A stretch of DNA of 64,000 bases from the NCBI GenBank assembly GCA_031970155.1, contig DALYIW010000006.1:5527-69526 (forward strand), in the 5' to 3' direction. Source of the DNA: Coleofasciculaceae cyanobacterium CTOTU46601. Its GTDB lineage: Bacteria; Cyanobacteriota; Cyanobacteriia; Cyanobacteriales; Coleofasciculaceae. Of the stretch, positions 1 through 9,237 are shown piece by piece (the stretch's first letter is position 1; each line of letters opens with the position of its first letter). Under the pieces are notes generated by a model that did no database searches, was not told where the DNA came from, and saw nothing but the letters and a program-made list of their open reading frames with translations. The position numbers and the translations under genes were made by a program.

Positions 1-264
1 CCCTGAAGAAAAAGAATTATCACCTTGACCTGGATTTAAAATTTCTTGAATGTCATTTCCCGTTGTATCGGATTGATTGTTTAAAATTTCTTGAGGGTCA
101 TTTCCCGTTGTATCAGATTGGTTATTTACAACTTCATTAGGATCCGGTCCTGTTGTATCAGATTGATTTCCAGTTTGAGCCTGAACAGCCTGAACAGATT
201 GTAGGCAGATTACAAAAAGTAGAGCTGTTAAAAAAATAATTATAAATAAACGAATTGATTTCAT
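1..264 (-). CDS. Partial secreted repeat protein (C-terminus lies outside the window)
   Basis: Hand translation of the minus strand from the ATG at 262-264 gives MKSIRLFIIIFLTALLFVICLQSVQAVQAQTG. Three NQSDTTG(P/N)D..(E/Q)(V/I)(V/L)N repeats follow. The frame stays open to position 1. It is absent from the ORF track because it is truncated by the window edge. Confidence 0.55.
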   Translation of the reverse strand, partial: MKSIRLFIIIFLTALLFVICLQSVQAVQAQTGNQSDTTGPDPNEVVNNQSDTTGNDPQEILNNQSDTTGNDIQEILNPGQGDNSFSSG

Positions 265-351
265 ATAAACTTGAATGTACTTAATTTTTTATTAAATTCT
301 CAGCTTAGTAATCATCAAAACTCTAGATGTAATTTAGGTCATTAAACTAGA

Positions 352-1434
352 TTAAAAAGAGATACCATAGCCAATTCCTAAGATAAATCTACTGCCGTCT
401 CCGGCATTGCCTGTAATATCGGTAACGGCTGGAGTAATTACTAGAGGAACATTGTGAAAAGGGACTATAGACAGTCCGACAGATAAATCTTGACCTGACC
501 ATTCTGCGATCGCACTGACAGGTTCAGCCACTCGCACGGCTAGACTGCCAAACACCCCAACTGTATCCTGATTATTATTAATATCCAATTCTGAACGAAA
601 TTGTCCACTCCCAAGACCAGCAGACACAAAAAGTTGACTAAATGGCTTTTCTACATTTTCTTGCAAACTAAACCTTTTAGTGACAACTCCGTAATACCCT
701 GTACCACTATCAGTTCCACCAAAGCGAATCAAATTCTTGACCCCCACAGCTACTGCAAAATCATCGGGAAGTCTGCGGTGTAGCTTCAAGCTCACAGTGC
801 CTTCTTGAACTATATTTTCTATCGGTCTCAAGTCAACCAAGGTCAAACCAATATCTAACCCAACGGCTTGTTGGGCATTACCCAGTCCAATGCCCAACCC
901 TAAAACTCCATCAGGGCTGTTCGTAAAGCGAGTTCGAGATTGCAAACCTACACCGATGGAAGCGCTTCCCCAAGATTGACCATAAGCTGATGGAGTTAGG
1001 ATAGAGATACCAGGGGCTGAACGCGCTCTGCGATCGGTGCGTCGCAATTGTTGCAATGGCACATTCTGGGGTTTAAAAGGTTGTTCGCCCGTCTCAGAGG
1101 GTTCTGTTTGTAAGCTAGGTTGTCTACCGCCTTGAACTAGTGATTGAGCAGTTGTGGATGTTCCCAACAGCGACTGAACTAATGCAGCAGACAATGCCGT
1201 AGATAGGGGTCGTGCTTTTTTTGGACTGCCTAAAGAGTTAGCTTTTTTGCCTGGATGGGTAATTGTTTTAAAAAGTGGCTGCTGCTGAGGAGTAACTAAC
1301 TCCTGGTGTGTAACATGCGTTTCAGGGTTTTGAAAAACAACGGCTTGGGGAAGCGTACTTAGAGGGTAAATCATAAGTTTAAAATTTTTTTTCTTGCGCC
1401 CTAATAGTATTGTTTGAGAGCAAGGCTGAATCAC
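352..1434 (-). CDS. Hypothetical protein with a beta-barrel-like C-terminal half ending in Phe (GIGYGISF)
   Basis: ORF track. The C-terminal ~200 aa are Gly-rich with alternating hydrophobic residues and a terminal F. The start is uncertain: GTG at 1434 or ATG at 1374. No N-terminal signal peptide is visible. Confidence 0.5.
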   Translation of the reverse strand: MIQPCSQTILLGRKKKNFKLMIYPLSTLPQAVVFQNPETHVTHQELVTPQQQPLFKTITHPGKKANSLGSPKKARPLSTALSAALVQSLLGTSTTAQSLVQGGRQPSLQTEPSETGEQPFKPQNVPLQQLRRTDRRARSAPGISILTPSAYGQSWGSASIGVGLQSRTRFTNSPDGVLGLGIGLGNAQQAVGLDIGLTLVDLRPIENIVQEGTVSLKLHRRLPDDFAVAVGVKNLIRFGGTDSGTGYYGVVTKRFSLQENVEKPFSQLFVSAGLGSGQFRSELDINNNQDTVGVFGSLAVRVAEPVSAIAEWSGQDLSVGLSIVPFHNVPLVITPAVTDITGNAGDGSRFILGIGYGISF

Positions 1435-1576
1435 TCATCATCAAGAATTCTGACCCTTTTCTACGAGACATTATTTAAAAAATATAGAGTTTTTAGTTTG
1501 TAAAAAGTTTATAAGTAAAGGCTACTAATACTCCTTGAAATCGCGATCTTTCACCAACTTTGGCTACTTAAAATTT

Positions 1577-1877
1577 GAGCTTCAGGACTTACCCAAGTTT
1601 CCTGTTGAACCGCCATTTGTAGGGGCGCAAGAGCAATCATTGGTGTCAACTTAACGTGAAACCTAAGCGTGGCAAACATTTCTCATCGATGCCCGCAGGC
1701 TTTCTGCCAGGGGCTACACAAACTCTCGCCGTAGCGCCAGCAGGCTAAAAATTGAGTCCGCGCAGGCGGACTTCGTTTGTTTAGCCGCGACTTCCAGTCG
1801 TCAGGGCTTAAGTTAACACCAATGAAGAGCAATACGCCCCTACTATATGTGGTGTCAATGCGTAAGTCCTGAGCTTC
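1577..1877. mobile_element. ~300-bp MITE-like element with long inverted arms
   Basis: The termini are gagcttcaggacttac (1577-1592) and gtaagtcctgagcttc (1862-1877). The inner arms are gtaggggcgcaagagcaatcattggtgtcaacttaa and ttaagttaacaccaatgaagagcaatacgcccctac. Confidence 0.6.
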
Positions 1878-2020
1878 ATACCAAGTTGCGTTCATACGTA
1901 GTACTTTCTCTACCCCTTGTCCCCCTTGTCTCCAAGAGTCTCCTCTATCTACTATCTTTAACTGCAACTTGGTATCAGCTGGCGTCAACTTGAAGCGATC
2001 GCACGAAATGTACCGCTTTC

Positions 2021-3487
2021 TTAACCAGTACTGCTGATGTTGGATTGTTGTTGCCCATGCTGGTAATACCAGGTTTGAAGTGCTAACTGATGCACCTCTC
2101 GCCAAGACAGCTTGTTTGCTTTGGCTAACTCGGCACAATCTTCGTATTCTGGCTGTACGTTGATGATGGTTTTGTGGGTCGAACCCTCAGCGCTATGCTG
2201 CTGTGCATCAGGCTGCTCTAAATGCATCCCCTTATTGTCTAACGGTATCGAAGTTCCTTCGCTCCAAGCAACCTTTATACGAATCTCGCCATACTTAGTC
2301 TGCACCTGTTGAATTTCTCGCTGCAAAATGGCTCGTTGTTGTGTCAGGCGTCGGATTCCCAGGGTAGTCGTTTCACGGAACAAAACAGCTTCACAAGCGG
2401 GTATCGTCTCTGGTGGGCAGATGACGGTTAGTAAAATTCCAGGGCGAGACTTTTTCATGCTAATAGCTTGGGTAAAAACATCTACAGCCCCGACATCAAA
2501 CAGTCTCTCAAACACATAACCGATCGCTTGAGGATTTAAGTCATCAATTTGGGTTTCCAGCACGGAGATGGTTTCTAGAAGGTTGGACGTTTGGGAGGTT
2601 GAAGACTCAGGATAACTTTCTAGCTGACCAACTTGTTGAGTTTCCAGCTCTTGGCCGATCCAGAGTCGTAGGATATTGGGAATCGGTAACTGGAGTGAAC
2701 CTGCACCATTACCAACTTGTTGGAGTATCATCGCTGGCGGGGGACCGAAGCGGGTAGCGAGCGTGACGACTAGGGCTGCTCCAGTTGGTGTTACCAATTC
2801 TCGATCAATCCCGTTACTGTAAACTGGCACCTGACGCGATTCCCACAATTTCAGCACAGCAGGCACTGGCACGGGTAGCCGACCATGTGCGGCATGTACT
2901 GTGCCACCTCCAGTAGGGAGAGCCGAACAGTAGAGTCGGTCAATCCCTAGCCAGTCTAACCCCAAGCAGGTGCCCACAATATCTACAATGGCATCAGTGG
3001 CTCCTACTTCATGGAAATGAACTTTTTCGGGTGCAATACCATGTACCGCCCCTTCTGCCTGTGCCAGTTTTCGGAAGACGGCCAGGCTCCACTCCATAAC
3101 CCGTGGCGGTAATCCTGCTGCTGTAATGAGTCGCTCAATTTCTGGCAGATGCCTAGTCGGGGCATGAACAGAGGCATGATGGTGAAGTTTTTGGTGTTGA
3201 GTCTTAGAGGCGATCGCCTCTGAGTGTTCGTGCGTGTGTTCAGGCTCGTGGTGGCGATCGCCGTGGTGATGGTGTTCAGCTAGCTTGAGCAACTCCACAT
3301 GGACTTTTGTTGCTAACTGACCATTGCGGTGGACGCTTTCTACTCGTAGCTGATACTCCTGGTCAATACCCAGTCCTTTGAGTTTTTCGCTTAAATACTC
3401 CAAAGGCACGCCCGCCCCTACTAGTGCCCCTAGGCACATATCACCGGCAATGCCTGTTTGACAATCCAGGTAAGCTAGCTTGGTCAT
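2021..3487 (-). CDS. larC: LarC-family nickel insertion protein (DUF111; nickel-pincer cofactor biosynthesis)
   Basis: The N-terminus MTKLAYLDCQTGIAGDMCLGALVGAG is typical of LarC/DUF111. There is a His-rich insert, HHHHGDRHHEPEHTHEHSE...HHHASVH. Confidence 0.85.
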   Translation of the reverse strand: MTKLAYLDCQTGIAGDMCLGALVGAGVPLEYLSEKLKGLGIDQEYQLRVESVHRNGQLATKVHVELLKLAEHHHHGDRHHEPEHTHEHSEAIASKTQHQKLHHHASVHAPTRHLPEIERLITAAGLPPRVMEWSLAVFRKLAQAEGAVHGIAPEKVHFHEVGATDAIVDIVGTCLGLDWLGIDRLYCSALPTGGGTVHAAHGRLPVPVPAVLKLWESRQVPVYSNGIDRELVTPTGAALVVTLATRFGPPPAMILQQVGNGAGSLQLPIPNILRLWIGQELETQQVGQLESYPESSTSQTSNLLETISVLETQIDDLNPQAIGYVFERLFDVGAVDVFTQAISMKKSRPGILLTVICPPETIPACEAVLFRETTTLGIRRLTQQRAILQREIQQVQTKYGEIRIKVAWSEGTSIPLDNKGMHLEQPDAQQHSAEGSTHKTIINVQPEYEDCAELAKANKLSWREVHQLALQTWYYQHGQQQSNISSTG

Positions 3488-3616
3488 TTTCTGCCTATTG
3501 TAGTGACCCTGCTCGGTACCCGCTTTGAGTTATCGGTGAACTTATCTTGCATGGCTCGTTACTTTTATTCATGACTCTTTACTTTTATTATTTGACGATT
3601 GAGAGAAAAATTTTTG

Positions 3617-4270
3617 ATGGCTACTATTTACACTGTTCATCCGGAAAATCCCCAAATACGACGAATAGAGGAAATTAGGAACGCCCTGCAAGATGGTGCT
3701 GTGATGTTGTACCCCACAGATACTGTCTATGCAATTGGTTGCGACCTAAATGTGAAGTCTGCTGTGGAGCGTGTGAGGCATCTGAAGCAACTATCTAATG
3801 ATAAGCCCCTAACGTTTTTGTGTTCTTCTCTATCGAACATTACCCAATATGCTTGGGTGAATGACCCAAATTACCGCATTATGAAGCGTCTGATTCCAGG
3901 GCCGTACACGTTCTTGCTACCCGCAACGAAGTTAGTGCCCCGGTTAGTGATGGATCCCAAGCGCAAAACCAGTGGCATTCGAGTGCCAGATCATCCTGTG
4001 TGTCAGGCGCTGCTAATGGCGTTGGGAAATCCAGTTATTTCTACCTCAGCGCATCTACCCGATGAGAATGGCAAACTCCCAGATGTGGATCTGGAACGGG
4101 CAAGACTATTCGACGAGTTTGATAATTTGGTGGACATAATTGTAGACGATGGTCAGGAGCTAGGTTTTGAAGTGTCTACTATTGTGGACATGACAGGCGA
4201 GGAACCTGTAATTGTTCGGAAAGGTCTAGGATGGGAAGCTGCAATGGATTGGGCTTCACCAGTCAGCTAA
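3617..4270 (+). CDS. Sua5/YciO/YrdC-family protein, YciO-like subtype (often annotated L-threonylcarbamoyladenylate synthase)
   Basis: YPTDTVYAIGCD, then LTFLCSSLSNITQY, PGPYTFLL and SGIRVP resemble E. coli YciO more than TsaC. The ATG at 3617 is preferred over the TTG at 3599. Confidence 0.8.
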   Translation: MATIYTVHPENPQIRRIEEIRNALQDGAVMLYPTDTVYAIGCDLNVKSAVERVRHLKQLSNDKPLTFLCSSLSNITQYAWVNDPNYRIMKRLIPGPYTFLLPATKLVPRLVMDPKRKTSGIRVPDHPVCQALLMALGNPVISTSAHLPDENGKLPDVDLERARLFDEFDNLVDIIVDDGQELGFEVSTIVDMTGEEPVIVRKGLGWEAAMDWASPVS

Positions 4271-5025
4271 TTAAGGGTGTTAGCAGCCGATGACTCAACA
4301 AGAGTGGGAGAGGGGGTGAGTCAGTGAAGTCTCAATCAAACACAGAGAACTTCACAACTATTGGGCTTCTCTCTCTAGCTCTGTGTGTTCATCCAAAGCC
4401 TCCTCATTCGAGTGACTTGAGGACTATACTCTAGGAACCTATCTGAAAAGTTCTTACACAGATAATTAAACATCTGTGTAGCCTACTAGAGTGTCAAGAT
4501 AGATTTGAGGAGTAAATGTCAAGGCACTTCTCCCCAGTCTGCCTGGTCTCCCCTCCTGATTCCACGTCGCCTCAGGGAATGCATTTGTAAACATCAGGAT
4601 GCAATTAGATCAGTTCTGTGTGACATTGCCCAGTACTCGATTGACTGGGCAAACCAGACACTACAACTGATGAGCGGGGGATTACGGACGAGAAACTTTA
4701 CCTTCATCCAGTTTGTGCATTGTCTACTCAGGTCACTTTAGAAGCTTTCAAACTTTTGAGGATTGAAATCGCTAAAGTGCAGGCACAGTAAGGGTTTTGC
4801 ATCATTAAGCATAAGCGATAACTAGCTACGGCGCGATCGCTAAAACAGTCAGGTGACGTACGGGTGACGTAGATGCACAAGCCTGACTCTTTTGGTCAGG
4901 GTATCAATCTACATTCAAGTTGTAAGGCACCCAGACCGGAAAGATTTATGAATCACACCCAAGAAAACTTTCCATCTGACCAAGAGTCTTCCCAATTCAC
5001 AACTTTAGTCTTTAGGGGCAATACC

Positions 5026-6237
5026 ATGAACGTTAAAACTGCCAACTCTCTCAATCAAATTTCTGACAACAACCTTTACGCTCCGGAAATTGTTCAAGGA
5101 ACTGATTTCCAGACTTTAAACCAGCTGTTGCTCAAGGAGTTGCAAGCCAATATTGGCTCGAAATCAAGCCGCGCTCAGGCGGTAGCTAACCGGATAGCTC
5201 AAGAGGTAGAACGGATTTGTCACAAGAGCGATCGCATTCAAACTTCTGGTCAAATCGGCTCTTGGCAACTTACCCTAGCACGTCATCGTTTACAGAAGTG
5301 TCTATCTTACTACAAATTGGGGTCAAAGCAAGGCCGTGTTGAATTGCACAGCAATCTCAGCGTGATGATTTATCGCCATGTGGCTCCCTCTCAAGCTCAG
5401 TTAAGTTTTTCTGCTCGATACAACTTGATTGAAGACTTCTTGCAAGACTTTTACGCAGAGTCCCTCAAAGCCTTTCGGCGGGAAAATGACGTAGAGGCTG
5501 ACTATACCCCTCGTACTCAGATAGAACTAGCAGAGTACATGGCTTTTACTGAGCAATATGCCAAGCGGCGCATCCAATTGCCCAACCGTAATAGCCAGCA
5601 GCTGATTGTGTTGAGAGCTCAGAGCTTTTCCAGACGGCAGCCTAGCGAAACCCCCTTGGATATTGAGCAGGCCGTTGAGTTTGCTAAAGGCGAAGATGCT
5701 CATGAGCATAGCCGCTCCCCAGCCATGCAACAGGTACGGTTGCGCCTGATTTCTGAGACGACTGACCCTAGTGAGGCTGTGTTACGCGATCGCGTTGTTG
5801 CCGAGCTAGTGCAATACTTAGAGTCTCAAGGTCACAGCGATTGTGCAGATTACCTAGTCTTAAAGATGCAAGACCTCGCCGCCCCTGAAATCGACCAAAT
5901 CCTCGGTCTAACACCCAGAGAGCGCGACTACCTGCAACAGCGCTTTAAGTACCATGTGGAAAAGTTCTCTCGCTCTTCCCATTGGAAACTAGTACACCAA
6001 TGGCTAGGAGCAGACCTTGACCAAAAGCTAGGCATGTCATCCGATCAATGGGACGTGTTTGTGGGAAAACTCGACGCTCAACAGCAGCAGCTGTTATCAC
6101 TCAAGCAAGACCACAAAAGCGATCAAGAAATTGCCAAAGCCTTGGGCTGCACTCCCAAACAAGCCCAAAAGCGCTGGACTGCTTTGTTAGAAGTGGCTTG
6201 GAAGATTCGCAACTCAGCAGCAGGCAGTGTGGAGTAG
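5026..6237 (+). CDS. HetZ-family protein (HetZ or HetZ-related) with two C-terminal sigma-70 region-4/LuxR-like HTH units
   Basis: This is ORF track 4873-6237. The internal ATG at 5026 (MNVKTANS...) gives 403 aa. The C-terminal strings are PEIDQILGLTPRERDYLQQRFKYH and SDQEIAKALGCTPKQAQKRWTALLEVAWKIRN. It is a paralogue of ORF 52912-54084. Confidence 0.55.
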   Translation: MNVKTANSLNQISDNNLYAPEIVQGTDFQTLNQLLLKELQANIGSKSSRAQAVANRIAQEVERICHKSDRIQTSGQIGSWQLTLARHRLQKCLSYYKLGSKQGRVELHSNLSVMIYRHVAPSQAQLSFSARYNLIEDFLQDFYAESLKAFRRENDVEADYTPRTQIELAEYMAFTEQYAKRRIQLPNRNSQQLIVLRAQSFSRRQPSETPLDIEQAVEFAKGEDAHEHSRSPAMQQVRLRLISETTDPSEAVLRDRVVAELVQYLESQGHSDCADYLVLKMQDLAAPEIDQILGLTPRERDYLQQRFKYHVEKFSRSSHWKLVHQWLGADLDQKLGMSSDQWDVFVGKLDAQQQQLLSLKQDHKSDQEIAKALGCTPKQAQKRWTALLEVAWKIRNSAAGSVE

Positions 6238-6548
6238 GACTAGGTATGGAAACTTCAAAGTTGAGAGTTGACAATCAGATAAATTAGAAAAGGTTAACTC
6301 TCGACTATTCCCTGCCCTTGATCAAACTTGACTGAAGTTGGTACTTTACCTCAAATGCTTCCCCAGCCAGACAAACCTTAACCTCTTATAGCCCTCGACA
6401 ATTATAAGTAGCAGATTCTACCACGAAACTGGCGTCCTCAATGTTAAAATTAGAAACAATAATTTCACCCTTATTTAGGCGTACAGCTTCTGGCTACTCA
6501 AGGGAGCATCTCAATTAATTAACCTACACCACGTACAGCAAGCAATAT

Positions 6549-7271
6549 ATGGCGGTCAACATGGCTCAAGCTTCCGCTTCATCCCAGATAACAGCACAAG
6601 ATCAGCAAGCACTCAGACAAGTCTGGGAGAATATTCAGCCGGATAGTTGCCCGTATTCCTATAATTTCCACATGCACACTATCCACTCTGACGGACAGCT
6701 AACACCAGAAGAGTTGATCGATCAGGCTTTAGCCATTGGTCTGAAAGGGCTTGCAATTACCGATCATCATAGTGTCGGCGGTTACAAGGTAGCTCAAAAC
6801 TGGCTGGAGCAATTGCAGGAGCAAACCTTCTTAGACTCATCACCCTCCACTTGTGTGCCTCACCTCTGGACTGGCGTTGAAATCACCTCTGACCTTCTAG
6901 ACACGGAAGTTCACATTCTGGGTTATGCGTTCGACCCAGAGCATCCCAGTATCAAGCCTTATTTACAAGGCAAGGCACCTAAGCAGAGTGATGCTCAGGC
7001 GGCTGCTGTGATTAGGGCTATTCATCAAGCTGGTGGTTTGGCAGTTTTGGCGCACCCCGTGCGCTATCGACGCTCAGCGGAGGAGCTGATTCCGGTTGCA
7101 GCTCATTTAGGTATTGATGGTGTTGAAACATATTACGCTTACAACAACCCCACTCCCTGGCAACCTAGCCCCAATCAAACTCAGCGAGTCAAACAGTTAA
7201 GCGCTACCTACAATCTGCTCAATACTTGCGGTACAGATAGCCACAGTCTAAGTCTGCTAAAGCGTTTTTAA
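6549..7271 (+). CDS. PHP-domain metal-dependent phosphoesterase
   Basis: The motifs are YNFHMHTIHSDG and LAITDHH, with a terminal GTDSH. Confidence 0.8.
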   Translation: MAVNMAQASASSQITAQDQQALRQVWENIQPDSCPYSYNFHMHTIHSDGQLTPEELIDQALAIGLKGLAITDHHSVGGYKVAQNWLEQLQEQTFLDSSPSTCVPHLWTGVEITSDLLDTEVHILGYAFDPEHPSIKPYLQGKAPKQSDAQAAAVIRAIHQAGGLAVLAHPVRYRRSAEELIPVAAHLGIDGVETYYAYNNPTPWQPSPNQTQRVKQLSATYNLLNTCGTDSHSLSLLKRF

Positions 7272-7445
7272 CTATTTTGTTGTTTGTTGTTTGTTGTTTG
7301 TTGTTTGTTAAAAATAAAAATCATCAACAGCATCAATTGGTTGTTTGCTGTTAGTTGTTTGTTAAAAATTACACGCAACCAACAACATTAATTGGTTGTT
7401 TGTTGTTAGTTGTTTGTTAAGAATACAAGCAACCAACAACATGAA
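7272..7445. repeat. TTGTTTG heptamer array followed by about 2.3 copies of a ~54-nt tandem repeat
   Basis: ttgtttgttgtttgttgtttgttgtttg lies at 7276-7310. The units caaccaacaacattaattggttgtttgttgttagttgtttgttaa... are repeated from 7321 to 7440. Confidence 0.8.
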
Positions 7446-7516
7446 GCCTTTGTTCTTATAGGCTGGAGATGAGTTAAAGGCAGTTAGTCAAAGGAGGTGT
7501 CCCAACAGCTGCTAAG

Positions 7517-7990
7517 TTACTGCTTCGCAGAAGTCTGCTGCTTGTAAGTGTCTACTACCTTCTTGACATAGGTAGCCGCGAAGCCACTGTTGCATCCTTG
7601 ATATTCACCCGTCATCCACCAACAAGCAGCACCGCGAACGGCTGCCGTTTCATTGTTCCCACTAGCACTCATTTGCTTATTGAGTTCCCGTCGGGCTATG
7701 CAGGTGACTGTACGACGTGCTGCTTCCTTGTCGCTTTCAAATTGTGCAGGAGTCATGGCTTTTCCCACACATTGTTTCGTCCAGCTACCGATGATGCCTG
7801 GTAGAACTTGCCATTCGCTGTACATACCATCATTTGGACGTTGGGGAGGTGCGCTAGTCCGTAGTGCTTCTACGAAGGCGTTTAGTTGGCGATCGCTTAC
7901 TTGTGCTACTGCGGGTCTTGTCCACAACCCAGCCGTAACAATTATTCCACTCAGTAGTAGATACTTAGTTTTTTTGCCTAACATAAACAC
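7517..7990 (-). CDS. Hypothetical secreted protein (signal peptide, 4 Cys)
   Basis: ORF track. The N-terminus KKTKYLLLSGIIVTAGLWTRPAVAQ looks like a Sec signal peptide. Confidence 0.55.
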   Translation of the reverse strand: MFMLGKKTKYLLLSGIIVTAGLWTRPAVAQVSDRQLNAFVEALRTSAPPQRPNDGMYSEWQVLPGIIGSWTKQCVGKAMTPAQFESDKEAARRTVTCIARRELNKQMSASGNNETAAVRGAACWWMTGEYQGCNSGFAATYVKKVVDTYKQQTSAKQ

Positions 7991-7996
7991 TTTTTT

Positions 7997-8033
7997 AGTG
8001 GTTAGTGGTCAGTGGTTAGTGGTCAGTGTCAGT
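7997..8033. repeat. STRR-like heptamer array (AGTGGTY)
   Basis: The sequence is agtggttagtggtcagtggttagtggtcagtgtcagt. Confidence 0.85.
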
Positions 8034-8161
8034 ATTTTTTGAAATCTTCTGGCTACTGATGACCAACAAATAGTTTAAAGGATTCAACTGACTTTGGTAT
8101 CAGTGCATACCACAATAGATTTGTACAGTGCCATAAGTTGTATAATTTTTTGTTGCCCGTG

Positions 8162-8839
8162 TCAAACAACTTTTTCCTCTACGGGATGTTGCCCATAATA
8201 TGGCAGTACCTGAGACCAATGGGGGCGCTTTTCCTGTTGCCAATCTAGATAAGCGAGTTCTAAAACACTCGCGACAGAGGCACCCAAATCAGTAGGGACA
8301 TCAATTAACTGGTAGGGCATCTCTAGGGTGTCTAGGGTTTGTTTCCAGGTGTCTGGGGTCATTATCGCGTCTGGCAACATCTCAGTCAGTGCTGAATCGT
8401 TTGAGGAAGTCTGGTAGATAGCGGTAAACAGTTGACCTCGCTGGGCAGGCATTTGAAGAGCAAGTACTGACTTCTCACAATACCCTCCTTGTAAGCTTTT
8501 CTTAGTAAGAGAGTGATGCGACCAAGCTAAAGCTGCCAGTGTCGAAATGGCAAATAGGGGAATATCCAGTTGCTGTGCCAATGTACGGGCGGTAACAATA
8601 CCGATACGGGTGCTAGTAAAGCTGCCCGGTCCCTTGGCTACGGCAATTAATGCTAAGTCTGCCCAAGTCTGTGGGATTAGAAATTCAGCAAGATGTTGAT
8701 GTAAATGGGTAGATAGTTCGCGGCCTAAGTCCCAAGTTTGGCAGCGAGTGTCACTAGCAAAGTTACTGATTGCTAGACCTACTTGGGGACTACTGGTGTG
8801 GAGGGCAAGAGCATATTTGTTTGGATCAAGGCTTTGCAT
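8162..8839 (-). CDS. tsaB: tRNA threonylcarbamoyladenosine (t6A) biosynthesis protein TsaB (YeaZ)
   Basis: The motifs are ALALHTSSPQVGLAI and VAKGPGSFTSTRIGIVTARTLAQQLDIPLF. Confidence 0.85.
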   Translation of the reverse strand: MQSLDPNKYALALHTSSPQVGLAISNFASDTRCQTWDLGRELSTHLHQHLAEFLIPQTWADLALIAVAKGPGSFTSTRIGIVTARTLAQQLDIPLFAISTLAALAWSHHSLTKKSLQGGYCEKSVLALQMPAQRGQLFTAIYQTSSNDSALTEMLPDAIMTPDTWKQTLDTLEMPYQLIDVPTDLGASVASVLELAYLDWQQEKRPHWSQVLPYYGQHPVEEKVV

Positions 8840-8848
8840 GAGTCAACC

Positions 8849-8880
8849 GATTTTGGATTTTTATTTTTAGATTTTGGATT
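8849..8880. repeat. Heptamer-type repeat (GATTTTR)
   Basis: The sequence is gattttggatttttatttttagattttggatt. Confidence 0.7.
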
Positions 8881-9140
8881 GTCCCCGTGCTTTGCGGTAC
8901 AGGGCTTAAAGACTTTAATCCAAAATCCTTGCATCCAAAATATAAAATTGCTAGTTGAATTGCCTGTTTGGTGGCAGATAACTAATTTTGACTCTGATTG
9001 TGTTGAGCCGCACTTTAGAAGTCGTCTAAAACTACCAATCCTAAACGAGGTCTAATTTTTAATTAAGGGGACGCTAGCGCACCACCGTTAGGTTTATCGC
9101 TGTGTCGCCCCCTTGCTGTTACTAGGCTAGTTGATTGATC

Positions 9141-9192
9141 AGGACTTACGCACAACCTCTACATGTAGGTGGGCACTGCCCACCCTACTACT
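9141..9192. mobile_element. Half copy of the family-1 MITE, bracketed by a 14-bp direct repeat
   Basis: The element reads aggacttacgcacaacctctacatgtaggtgggcactgcccaccctactactg. gctagttgattgat occurs on both sides, at about 9125-9138 and 9204-9217. Confidence 0.65.
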
Positions 9193-9237
9193 GACTGTTA
9201 CGAAGCTAGTTGATTGATATCCCAGCGGTCGATGAGT

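Noticed and set aside
1683-2138. 151-aa track ORF on the minus strand, downstream of larC.
   Set aside because: It lies almost entirely inside the ~300-bp MITE-like element (1577-1877) and overlaps the larC 3' end. Its composition is repeat-derived and no motif was recognised.
4505-4741. 78-aa plus-strand ORF in the long leader of the HetZ-like gene.
   Set aside because: It has a TTG start, Cys/Arg-rich low-quality composition and no motif. I treat the region as non-coding leader.
7272-7445. Possible CRISPR array. Other tandem repeat tracts in the window were considered too.
   Set aside because: The repeats are contiguous, or are heptameric microsatellites, with no unique spacers. No cas genes are present in the window.
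3617-8839. Idea that tsaC and tsaB (t6A pathway) are co-located.
   Set aside because: On inspection the YrdC-family protein resembles YciO (LTFLCSSLSNI, PGPYTFLL) rather than TsaC. The two genes are also about 4 kb apart on opposite strands. There is no functional clustering.
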